NCBI GenBank assembly: GCA_950097015.1
Contig: CATNEN010000038.1
Location: 23,808,001-23,872,000, forward strand
Length of the DNA: 64,000 nt
Origin: Macrostomum hystrix
Taxonomy: Eukaryota; Animalia; Platyhelminthes
Direction: 5' to 3'
The translations under genes were made by a program, and so were the position numbers. Under the pieces are notes generated by a model. The model was not told where the DNA came from. It saw nothing but the letters and a program-made list of their open reading frames with translations, and searched no databases. This document shows, in pieces, positions 24,701 to 34,492 of this stretch (position 1 is its first letter; each line of letters opens with the position of its first letter).

Positions 24701-27114
24701 ATACAGAAAAAGTGCTTGGACTCCACTGGGACTCGGTCAGGGACACATTCGTCATGCAGTTTTCTGAACTAGTTACCCACGTCAACGGATCCTCTTCAAC
24801 CAAGAGGTCGATGCTAGGAGTACTTGCGTCTGTGTACGATCCGTTAGGAATCTTGTCACCCTCTTTGACTGTTGTCAAGGTGATGCTACAGAAACTGTGT
24901 GTTCGCAAGTCGGGTTGGGACGACGAACTTCCGCCAGATATCGCCGAGAGTTGGAACCGTTGGTTACAGTCGTTGTCGAGCTCACGCTTCGAAGTTCCTC
25001 GCTACCTTTTCGCCGATCTCGATTCGGAGCCAGTTCGAATGGAATTACATGGATTCTGTGATGCAAGTGAATCTGCTTACGCTGCCTGTGTCTACATTCA
25101 GGCCCGGTCGGAAACAAACAACGTTTCAACGCATTTAATTCAGGCCAAAACGCGCGTGGCACCGCTATCAAATCTTAGCATCGCTAGACTAGAACTGCTG
25201 GGAGCCCTAATCTTAGCTCGTCTAATACGCACGGTGTCTTTGCAATTTCCCAGTATGACGCGTTATCTCTGGACAGACAGCAAGACAACTCTGCAGTGGA
25301 TCACCAACACCGACAAGCTTCGCCAAGTTTTCGTTCAAAACCGCGTTAAGGAGATCCGGACTCTCACGTCAACGTCCGAGTGGCGACATGTTCCCGGGGA
25401 ACTGAACCCCGCCGACCTGCCATCTCGAGGCTGTCTTCCAGGGCAGCTACAGAAAAACAAGGTGTGGTTTAGTGGTCCCGAATTTCTTCGATCAGGCATC
25501 TACCCAGTTTCGTCTGAAGATAAGCATTCGAGCGCAGTCGCGGAAGATCATAACTCTGCAGAAGCACTATCAACAGTCGCTGAACAGCCCATGGAATCTA
25601 AGAACGTCGATCGTATCTCTTTAATCATTGACATCGGCAAGTTTTCGAACTATTCGAGAGTTTTACGCGTCCTAGCATGGGTACAAAGATTTGTCCGCAA
25701 CCTACGGAGTGCTCGAGCTCAATCGTTAGTCAATAGATCAAGGACGGTGACCGCCGAAGAGTTGACTGATGCAGAAGTCCTATTGGTAAGGTCAAGTCAA
25801 AGGGAATCGTTTTCAAAGGAAATCGATCACATTCGGCGTAGCTCTGCTGCAACACATCTGAACAGGAACTTGAATCTGTGGTTAGATGATAAGGGACTTT
25901 TGCGTTCACAAGGTCGTATTTCCGCACTGTCCTTCGAAGTTAATAATCCTATCTTAGTACCTCGCCACAGTCACTTGGAGCAGCTCATTATTCGACAAGC
26001 TCATCAGTCCGTTGCTCACGGGGGAGTTGCCTCAACGCTTAGTAAAGTTCGTGAAAAATATTGGATTCTGAAGGGACGTCAACGAACTAAGCAAGAACTA
26101 TCGAAGTGTGTGGTGTGTAGGAAGGTACAAGGACGCTCATACGTTGTACCTCAGATCTCTCAGCTGCCTGAGTTTCGCCTTTCCGACATCCGACCCTTTC
26201 AATCAGTCGGCGTGGACTACTGTGGTCCGATATTCTATCGGACGGGGGAGGATGGTTGTGAATCTCGGAAGGCGTACATTCTACTTCTCACATGCTCATC
26301 GACTCGCGCAGTGCATCTGGAACTGCTTCCTGACATGACCGCATCGCAGTTCTTGAATGGATTACGTCGTTTTGTCAGTCGTCGCGGAATACCTTCCATC
26401 GTCAGTGACAATGCCAAGACGTTCAAGGCTGCCGCGAATATTCTTGGAGCTAGCACCAGCTATGAAGTTCAATCATTCTGTGCCAACAAGAAAATCTCTT
26501 GGGAGTTCATTCCGGAGAAGGCCCCGTGGTGGGGCGGATTTTGGGAAAGACTCGTTGGAATCGTTAAGGATGGATTGAAAAAGAGCATTGGCAAAGCTCT
26601 GCTAACATTCGATGAGCTATCAACTTCGGTTATCGAAATGGAATCTGTGGTGAACAGTCGACCACTTATGTATGTGTCGGCGGATGAGATCAACGACGTA
26701 TTGACGCCTGCGCACTTTCTCTTCGGAACTCGGTTGACTCAGGAGCCAACTCTCTCGTCGAACCGTATCGCCAACGTCCTGCCATTGCCAGCTCGACTCA
26801 AACATCTCAGAGGAGCGTTGAATGTTTTTTGGGATGTATGGAAAACGTCATATGTCACCGCCCTGCGTGAGAAAGCGCTCAAGTCGCATGGAGGAGGACC
26901 AGTTGCAAAACCCGGAGACGTCGTTTTGGTTCAGGGAGAGCCGCACCAGCCAAGACTGCAATGGAAGATGGGTGTGGTAGAGTCTGTCCGTGAGGGTCGA
27001 GATGGTGCCGTTCGTTCCGCAGTTGTACGTCTGGCGAAGGAAAGGGGCTCTCGGGGGGCTGAGCGCATCAGACGGCCTGTCCAAGCTCTCATTCCTCTTG
27101 AATTGTGCATCTAA
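21781..27114 (+). CDS. BEL/Pao Gag-Pol polyprotein (1777 aa)
   Basis: Gag KLPKRHIPTFDG, three Cys/His knuckles, protease LLDTAS, RT (DIEKAFLQI, RLPFG, LYVDN), RNase H LHGFCDAS, integrase HHCC plus GVDYCGP/SDNAKTF/GGFWERLV; domain order PR-RT-RH-IN. Confidence 0.97.
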   Translation: MDEAIRKRAAIRSVVTKTINRAEKWLSAGSGRDDKINAEAEACIDTLKQKLGLMEELDLDIQSQMEEENLSREQEEADEYAFRCRKYVRLLEKSLSNATKSVTSGPQVKLPKRHIPTFDGTVTSWQTYWDQFSSSIDSNNQLSDIDKFNYLLDSLSKSAKSCIRGLSVTSANYKVAIDLLHQRFGKSDLVIRSLMNQLSDIHLSDVSLAGLRSFHDDIAAAVRSLEVQGVMSSAYEALLLPNLLRKCPNEFRLDLMKCASLSKKEINNMAVLLEFLQTEIQVRENAAVGGKKSSNSEASRHCLQPKSSLATLTVQSRNDRQAVMKIFCTYCGSDHTSEKCSKLVSVDARIEFLKKEQRCFRCLRSGHSSRTCHDSRRCRNCSGAHHVSICNCGLSDGQGSGFKMKAKSIDSTVKSGAVQNKTFANAKKDVIRQVQTGSTNAAQSEPESVVSTEGNFALSMFINRNPAVALPVAKAILIAPDGRRELLVRVLLDTASNRSYIREDVCDLLQFERFAEESLKVSAFSGIATTVNSSRVKFHIRKVDSMEIIRLEANVVKQICQPQTSVIVNSFQHLRDVDLADPYDPRDISTPISILVGSDQYFQIVGDNVIRGTSGPVAISSKLGFLLCGPLAIDGSAKDEPIVSEDSADCSTAQTLCCATPDDAFVTTDSSKCNLSSFWRLEALGISEQKDDSTEGSFICNPRLENGRYSVSLPWKYPEGSVPLDDHFDMAYSRLSSTTRALRKDPETLTKYSGIISEQEASGIIEKVPEKDLGKNTCHYMPHHHVIKSDSEHTKIRIVFDGSARLRTGDFSINDLLQAGPTDVPLIPEILMRFRKHPIAIIGDIEKAFLQIAIDSEDRDYLRFLWTNPSESDKVFHYRFCRLPFGLTCSPGVLRATVLQHIDSQKNNFPLAAEIIRKDLYVDNLVTSCKSLSDAFNLYNDAKNIFNLAGMNMRQWKSNSDSFNSSLPDQDVGHTEKVLGLHWDSVRDTFVMQFSELVTHVNGSSSTKRSMLGVLASVYDPLGILSPSLTVVKVMLQKLCVRKSGWDDELPPDIAESWNRWLQSLSSSRFEVPRYLFADLDSEPVRMELHGFCDASESAYAACVYIQARSETNNVSTHLIQAKTRVAPLSNLSIARLELLGALILARLIRTVSLQFPSMTRYLWTDSKTTLQWITNTDKLRQVFVQNRVKEIRTLTSTSEWRHVPGELNPADLPSRGCLPGQLQKNKVWFSGPEFLRSGIYPVSSEDKHSSAVAEDHNSAEALSTVAEQPMESKNVDRISLIIDIGKFSNYSRVLRVLAWVQRFVRNLRSARAQSLVNRSRTVTAEELTDAEVLLVRSSQRESFSKEIDHIRRSSAATHLNRNLNLWLDDKGLLRSQGRISALSFEVNNPILVPRHSHLEQLIIRQAHQSVAHGGVASTLSKVREKYWILKGRQRTKQELSKCVVCRKVQGRSYVVPQISQLPEFRLSDIRPFQSVGVDYCGPIFYRTGEDGCESRKAYILLLTCSSTRAVHLELLPDMTASQFLNGLRRFVSRRGIPSIVSDNAKTFKAAANILGASTSYEVQSFCANKKISWEFIPEKAPWWGGFWERLVGIVKDGLKKSIGKALLTFDELSTSVIEMESVVNSRPLMYVSADEINDVLTPAHFLFGTRLTQEPTLSSNRIANVLPLPARLKHLRGALNVFWDVWKTSYVTALREKALKSHGGGPVAKPGDVVLVQGEPHQPRLQWKMGVVESVREGRDGAVRSAVVRLAKERGSRGAERIRRPVQALIPLELCI

Positions 27115-27655
27115 TCCGTCTCCGTCTCGGATCTCTGTTTCTCTAAATCTTTCTGTTCTGTTCATTGGTGCGAGATCAGCTACTTTGATAATTTTTGCTC
27201 ATTTTTGGTTCTCGACTCTTGTTATCGCGTTTCCATCTGTTCTCATTCACTTACCCTTTTTTTGCTTCCCTGACCCTCCTTTTTGTACCCGGTAGTTATC
27301 ATTCAGTCATTTGTTTTTTGCGTCACAACTCGGTTGCAAATTATCATATCATCATTCAATATGTTAATGAGGGACTCGTGACTCGTGAACGTACTTGTAA
27401 CGTAAATTTCAATATAATTTCTGTCGGCTAGGTCGTTGTCAGTTTTGTTAATTTTTGGCCAACTAATTTATCTACTCGTAAAATCGTAGGTCATTTCTTA
27501 ATCTTCGTGGAGGAAACATTTATTTTTCGTCAATGCTCGTACTTGTGTCCCTTTCAGTCTCTCAAAATTGTCGTTTTTTTGTTCCATTGCCCTTGTTCAA
27601 TTGATTCATGCTTAGTTCGAGCTCGAAATGACAAAGTCTTTGTCATTTGGGGGAG

Positions 27656-28038
27656 TGTAGCGACTTTCGGTTACGCGACTTGTTTGTACTTGCTCTGATT
27701 GTGTCTCTCTTTTCTTTATCGCTGCACCCCTCTCCTTCCCCCTGCCCCTGCTACTCTCCACGATTGTACCCCAACCCCCCTTTCGTCGCTTTCCTTTGTC
27801 TGCCTATGTACATCTGAGGCGGGGTTTAACCCTATCCTTACTATCGATCGCTTCTCTCTAGCCGCTAGTGTTAAGTTCAAATATAATGTCTGGCCCTCTG
27901 GGCCTTTGTGAGTCATCCTCCATTGCGCTCTCTGTCTCGTTTGAGGTTTGGCCGTATGAACGGGCTCTTGCTGCGAAGATTCCATTTTTTGCATGACTTC
28001 AACTCGCTTCGCTTCTTAATTCACTCGAAGTAAAGACA
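27656..28038 (+). repeat. 3' LTR (383 bp, TGT...ACA)
   Basis: Begins immediately after the PPT, ends GTAAAGACA directly before TSD ATCTT. Confidence 0.88.
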
Positions 28039-28386
28039 ATCTTAAAGTGAGCAGTGTTTTCACAGTTCGGACCACCTAGGTCAATAATTAATGAGCACAG
28101 CTACTAGTATTCGTGAACCTTCTGAGCTGACTCGGACGGCTGAAAAGATCCCTCAATACTCATAGTTTATTTATGTTCTTCCGAGCTTGTAAAATATTAG
28201 CCTGAATATTTTATAGTCTTTTTGGCAATGGATAATTGGCCAAATTGGATTGACTTACATGAGAGAGTAAGGTCTGCATCCACTAGGGCTTGTAACAAAA
28301 TCCCAAAGGAGTTCAAGTTTCTTTTCAAACAGAAAAGGAAGCTTTCTTTTCAAAAACGGACTTCTGAGGTTTATACTCGTATATTC

Positions 28387-28998
28387 TCTAACAGGTTTAC
28401 TGATTGTCTAACAGGTTTACAGATTGTCTAACAGGTTTACAGATTGTCTAACAGGTTTACAGATTGTCTAACAGGTTTACTGATTGTCTAACAGGTTTAC
28501 AGATTGTCTAACAGGTTTACAGATTGTCTAACAGGTTTACAGATTGTCTAACAGTTTTACTGATTGTCTAACAGGTTTACAGATTGTCTAACAGGTTTAC
28601 AGATTGTCTAACAGGTTTACAGATTGTCTAACAGGTTACAGATTGTCTAACAGGTTTACACATTGTCTAACAGGTTTACAGATTGTCTAACAGTTTTACT
28701 GATTGTCTAACAGGTTTACAGATTGTCTAACAGGTTTACAGATTGTCTAACAGGTTTACTGATTGTCTAACAGGTTTACAGATTGTCTAACAGGTTTACT
28801 GATTGTCTAACAGGTTCGCTGATTGCCTAACAGGTTTAATGATTGTCTAACAGGTTCGCTGATTGCCTAACAGGTTTACTGATTGTCTAACAGGTTCGCT
28901 GATTGTCTAACAGGTTCGCTGATTGTCTAACAGGTTCGCTGATAAATTGTCTAACAGGTTCGCTGATTGTCTAACAGGTTTATAGATTGTCTAACAGA
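28387..28998. repeat. Minisatellite, 20-bp unit ACAGGTTTACAGATTGTCTA
   Basis: About 30 copies. Confidence 0.95.
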
Positions 28999-29109
28999 CA
29001 AGCAAAATAAATCTTCAATGAAGACAAGTAAGTCCCACATATGTTCATCTGGTTATCTATTACTAATTTCATAGTTAAGCAAGTCAACTAATACTTGGTG
29101 TAGAGACTT

Positions 29110-29169
29110 GGGCTGGATGCGTTGGACCTCCCAGTCCATGGACTAAACAGCTGTACATAGCCTTTAGAT
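29110..29169 (+). mobile_element. SINE-B tail fragment
   Basis: CCCAGTCCATGGACTAAACAGCTGTACATAGCCTTTAGAT aligns to ~18400-18440. Confidence 0.65.
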
Positions 29170-29496
29170 GGGGGTCAGTGGAAGTGCGGTTGACACGTTT
29201 CACCTCTCGCACAAAGGTTCCTAAGCTCGATTCCGCGGCGAGGCCACATTCATTTGGGGCGCAGCCGCGGAGAGAAGGCTTGGGGGCTTGTCGTGCAATT
29301 GACGCCCTTGAGGGCCAACATCCAAGGCACGGTGAGGGTGTACACTGCCTGATGATGAGAAAGTCAGGGCAGATGTACACACCTGTGTGAGCGCGTGTCT
29401 GCGTACAGTATCTGTGTGCGTGTGTGCTCAAGAGTCAGCGAAATGAGCAGAATTGCCTCCTCGCTGGCTGCGGGTCTAGTGTCACCAAATGATGTG
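29170..29496 (+). mobile_element. tRNA-derived SINE-A
   Basis: High similarity to 18578-18925 and 61661-62010. Confidence 0.85.
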
Positions 29497-29529
29497 TAAA
29501 TATTTTTTTTGTTAATATTATCCGAAGGC

Positions 29530-29712
29530 AATAATATAATTATTATAATAATTTCAGGAGGGCTGTGTACATCTTCCCTGACTTTCTCATCGTCAGGCAG
29601 TGAGATCTACTCACAGTGTGGCCCGTAAGACAAACCCCCCCTTCGCATTCTCTCCGCCACTGCGTTCCAAATTTATGTGGCCTCGCCGGCGAATCGAGCT
29701 CGGGGACCTTGT
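29530..29712 (-). mobile_element. Degenerate SINE-A, inverted relative to the copy at 29170
   Basis: CCCTGACTTTCTCATCGTCAGGCAGTG and ATGTGGCCTCGCC...GAATCGAGCTC match the SINE-A reverse complement. Confidence 0.7.
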
Positions 29713-29715
29713 TGC

Positions 29716-30121
29716 TGAAGGGACGGGAACTGAAGGGATATGAGCTGAAGGGATGGGAACTGAAGGGATATGAGCTGAAGGGATTGGAACTGAAGGGACG
29801 GGAACTGAAGGGATATGAGCTGAAGGGATGGGAACTGAAGGGATGGGAACTGAAGGGATGGGAACTGAAGGGATGGGAACTGAAGGGATGGGAACTGAAG
29901 GGATGGGAGCTGAAGGGACGGGAGCTGAAGGGATATGAGCTGAATGGATGGGAACTGAAGGGATATGAGCTGAAGGGATGGGAACTGAAGGGACGGGAGC
30001 TGAAGGGACGGGAACTAAAGGGATATGAGCTGAAGGGATGGGAACTGAAGGGACGGGAGCTGAAGGGACGGGAACTAAAGGGATATGAGCTGAAGGGATG
30101 GGAACTGAAGGGATGGGAACT
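29716..30121. repeat. Minisatellite, 15-bp unit CTGAAGGGATGGGAA
   Basis: About 27 copies (ELKGW pseudo-ORF). Confidence 0.94.
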
Positions 30122-30599
30122 AGTTGGATTTTAGTTCTTAATTTCTTTAAATATTATAGCCCAACATGCGAATGAAAGTTTTTTAGGAAAGAATCTATTT
30201 TTTTGGTAATTATTAATATGAAAATGTACTGTTTATCTACAGTTAGCCGATTTGTATAATTTCTTTTTTCTCTTTTTTAAGTGCTTCTTTGAATACAGCA
30301 CCGCTTCAAGCACTACTTCAGTAGCTTAGTTTCTAAAGGCACCGAAATCATTGTTTTAATGTGCAACTCAAGAAACCACTTTTTCACCAGAAGTTTAAAA
30401 AGACAATGTCTATACTCTAAGGACTACTTCGTATGTTCAGGCATGTTTTACAAAAGCATGAATTAAAAAATAAGGCCCACGTAGTTTTCATAAAAACGTT
30501 GCCTATAAAAGTCTGGCAGAAAATATAAATTACGCAACAATTTTTACATCGTTACTCTCTAGTAGTTGATTAAGAATATTCAAATTTGATACAAACCAG

Positions 30600-31312
30600 C
30601 CCTCTGCCTCGACTGCCTAACCTACCTACCCTGCCTACCCTGCCTACGGCCGACCTCCTCTATCCCTTCTGCCTACCCTATACCCAAGCTCCTCTGCCTA
30701 CCCTGCCTACCCTGCCTACCTTAGCTCCTCTCTCTGCCTTCCCTACCTCTGCCTACCCTACCTACCCTGCCTCGACCGCCTAACCTACCTACCCTGCCTA
30801 CCATGCCTACCTGACCTCCTCTATCCCTTCTGCCTACCCTATACCCAAGCTCCTCTGCCTACCCTGCCTACCTCAGCTCCTCTCTCTGCCTTCCCTACCT
30901 ACCTACCCTGCCTCGACCGCCTAACCTACCTACCCTGCCTCGACCGCCTAACCTACCTACCCTGCCTCGACCGCCTAACATACCTACCCTGCCTCGACCG
31001 CCTACTCTACCTACCCTGCCTCGACCGCCTAACCTACCTACCCTGCTTACCCTACCTACCCTGCGTCGGCTGCCTAAACTACCTACCCTGCCTACCCTAC
31101 CTACCCGGCGTCGACTGCCTTAACTACCTAACCTGCCTACCCTACCTCATCTGCCTACCCTACCTACCCTGCCTAGCCTACCTACCCTGCCTCAACTGCC
31201 TAAACTACCTACCCTGCCTACCCTGCCTACCCAGCGTCGACTGCCTATAAAACTGCGTACCCTGTCTACCCTGCCTACCCGACCTGCTCTGCCTACCCTA
31301 CCTACCCTGCCT
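30600..31312. repeat. Degenerate CTACCCTGC-based repeat
   Basis: Mixed 4-9-bp subunits with larger internal duplications. Confidence 0.85.
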
Positions 31313-31863
31313 TCTCTTCCTGCTGCTGAATTGAAAGTATTGATCTATAAACTCTTTGGACTGAACATGCATGCGCTTGCCAGCGACAAGCGCTGTAAAT
31401 CACCTTGTGCAACGGATCCTGCTAAGTGCCAACGTTAAAAGCTAATAAATTCTAGCGAAGACGTTGGCCCTTTTACTAAACAATTCAGAACTTTGCAGGC
31501 ATGTCATCATGTTTTATATCTTGGCGAACATTTTCTGCCTATCTGACAGTCAGCTCGTAGAACTATGGCATTATCTTGTAAACATCTTGGAAATTTGGAA
31601 TCTTGGATCTTGGAAACTTTGCACTGAGGGTTGGTTGGTAACAATGCGAGGCGCAAAATAATGTACTATTATGTCACAATTCTTTTAGATTATAAGGGAT
31701 GTTCGCGCGTTTCTCCTATTGCAGGGTCTAAGATATTAACAACCATAAATATTTATTTCTTTTTGCAAACCCTCCACAAACCCTTACGAAAACTGCTGGT
31801 TTCATCCGCAAAGTATGCTATTAGTTTAGCTTAAGATCATACGTGATTGACTATTACAAATTT

Positions 31864-32368
31864 GTGTGGTCATTAGAGATTGGTGTGGTCATTAGAGTTG
31901 GTGTGGTCATTACAGATTGATGTGGTCATTAGAGATTGGTGTGGTCATTAGAGATTGGTGTGGTCATTAGAGTTGGTGTGGTAATTAGAGATTGGTGTGG
32001 TCATTAGAGATTGGTGTGGTCATTACAGATTGGTGTGGTCATTAGAGATTGGTGTGGTCATTACAGATTGGTGTGGTCATTAGAGATTGGTGTGGTCATT
32101 AGAGATTGGTGTGGTCATTAGAGATTGGTGTGGTCATTAGAGATTGGTGTGGTCATTAGAGATTGGTGTGGTCATTAGAGATTGGTGTGGTCATTAGAGA
32201 TTGGTGTGGTCACTAGAGATTGGTGTGGTCATTAGAGATTGGTGTGGTCATTAGAGATTGGTGTGGTCATTAGAGATTGGTGTGGTCATTAGAGATTGGT
32301 GTGGTCATTAGAGATTGGTGTGGTCATTAGAGATTGGTGTGGTCATTAGAGATTGGTGTGGTCATTAG
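31864..32368. repeat. Minisatellite, 19-bp unit GATTGGTGTGGTCATTAGA
   Basis: About 26 copies. Confidence 0.96.
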
Positions 32369-32897
32369 TTAGGATCACGGCAAAGCATCTAGTCATTTAT
32401 CTTTTTTTGCAAATAATAATTTGCCGACAATTAGTGCTTCTCCTTTGTCCACTGAACAGCTTTCAAATTGCAGGCCAACAAAAGAACATTCTGCCTTTCG
32501 ATCAAAGAATACGAAAATAGGATCGCTAATATTCTAAAGAGAATACTTATTCTCATTATTTTACAGCTTGTGAGACTGTTCTAGGTTGACAATGTATTTG
32601 GCAAAGGTCTTGAGACTTAGCAATGTCTTAATTATGCTTGGCATGGCAGCTACTGATGAATATAATTCTCTTCCTCATTTTCTGTCTATTCATTTCTCCT
32701 GCCTTTTTTACTTTTGTCTGCTGCACTTTGCTTTACTGTGAGCACTGTGCCGAGTAATTTGAGTCGGGAGCACGTGAAACTTCAAATTTGCCAGTTTATT
32801 ATCCTCTCTCAAACAAATTTTTAACTTGAGCTGGGACAACATGCCATTCGAAAAAGTGAATTTATGGGAAATTCGTAGAACTGAAGTATTAAATATT

Positions 32898-34492
32898 GGG
32901 AAGTTCCTAGAATCAGGAAACTCTTAGAGTCAGGAAATTCTTAGAATCAGGAACTTCTTACAATCGGGAAATTCTTAGAATCAGGAACTTCTTACAATCG
33001 GGAAATTCTTAGAATCAGGAAATTCTTAGAGTCAGGAAACTCTTAGAATCGGGAAATTCTTAGAATCAGGAAATTCTTAGAGTCAGGAAATTCTTAGAAT
33101 CGGGAAATTCTTAGAATCGGGAAATTCTTAGAATCAGGAAACTCTTAGAGTCAGGAAATTCTTAGAATCGGGAAATTCTTAGAATCGGGAAATTCTTAGA
33201 ATCAGGAAACTCTTAGAGTCAGGAAACTCTTAGAGTCAGGAAACTCTAAGAATCAGGAAATTCTTAGAATCAGGAAATTCTTAGAATCAGGAAACTCTTA
33301 GAGTCAGGAAACTCTAAGAATCAGGAAATTCTTAGAATCAGGAAATTCTTAGAATCAGGAAATTCTTAGAATCAGGAAATTCTTAGAATCAGGAAATTCT
33401 TAGAATCAGGAAATTCTTAGAATCAGGAAATTCTTAGAATCAGGAAATTCTTAGAATCAGGAAACTCTTAGAGTCAGGAAACTCTTAGAATCAGGAAATT
33501 CTTAGAATCAGGAAACTCTTAGAGTCAGGAAACTCTTAGAGTCAGGAAACTCTAAGAATCAGGAAATTCTTAGAATCAGGAAATTCTTAGAATCAGGAAA
33601 TTCTTAGAATCAGGAAATTCTTAAAATCAGGAAATTCTTAGAATCAGGAAATTCTTAGAATCAGGAAATTCTTAGAATCAGGAAACTCTTAGAGTCAGGA
33701 AACTCTTAGAGTCAGGAAACTCTAAGAATCAGGAAATTCTTAGAATCAGGAAATTCTTAGAATCAGGAAATTCTTAGAATCAGGAAATTCTTAGAATCAG
33801 GAAATTCTTAGAATCAGGAAATTCTTAGAATCAGGAAATTCTTAGAATCAGGAAATTCTTAGAATCAGGAAACTCTTAGAGTCAGGAAACTCTTAGAGTC
33901 AGGAAACTCTTAGAGTCAGGAAACTCTTAGAGTCAGGAAACTCTAAGAATCTGGAAATTCTTAGAATCAGGAAATTCTTAGAGTCAGGAAATTCTTAGAA
34001 TCGGGAAATTCTTAGAATCGGGAAATTCTTAGAATCAGGAAATTCTTAGAATCAGGCAATTCTTAGAATCGGGAAATTCTTAGAATCAGGAAACCTTTAG
34101 AATCAGGAAATTCTTAGAATCGGGAAATTCTTAGAATCAGGAAACTCTTAGAATCGGGAAATTCTTAGAGTCAGGAAATTCTTAGAGTCAGGAAATTCTT
34201 AGAATCAGGAAACTCTTAGAGTCAGGAAATTCTTAGAATCGGGAAATTCTTAGAATCGGGAAATTCTTAGAATCAGGAAATTCTTAGAATCAGGCAATTC
34301 TTAGAATCGGGAAATTCTTAGAATCAGGAAACTCTTAGAATCGGGAAATTCTTAGAATCGGGAAATTCTTAGAATCAGGCAATTCTTAGAATCAGGAAAC
34401 TCTTAGAATCGGGAAATTCTTAGAATCGGGAAATTCTTAGAATCAGGCAATTCTTAGAATCAGGAAATTCTTAGAATAAGAAAGTTCTTAGA
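32898..34492. repeat. Minisatellite, 17-bp unit GGAAATTCTTAGAATCA
   Basis: About 90 copies. Confidence 0.96.

Larger units (their letters stand above)
20991..28038 (+). mobile_element. BEL/Pao LTR retrotransposon, full length
   Basis: TGT...ACA termini, 5-bp TSD ATCTT (20986-20990 and 28039-28043), direct terminal repeats, PPT GGGGGAG at 27649-27655, single intact gag-pol ORF. Confidence 0.95.

Noticed and set aside
29340-29380. Hammerhead ribozyme in SINE-A (CTGATGA/CTGACGA...GAAA-GTC)
   Set aside because: Only 3 nt between CTGANGA and GAAA, and no stem II or III; a simple CCTGAC/GTCAGG hairpin explains the sequence
29450-29496. HDV-like ribozyme (GCC-TCCTCGCT-GGC matches HDV P3/L3)
   Set aside because: No upstream P1 strand, P1.1 GG or J4/2-P2 arrangement; the would-be P1 3' strand pairs with downstream sequence in full-length copies
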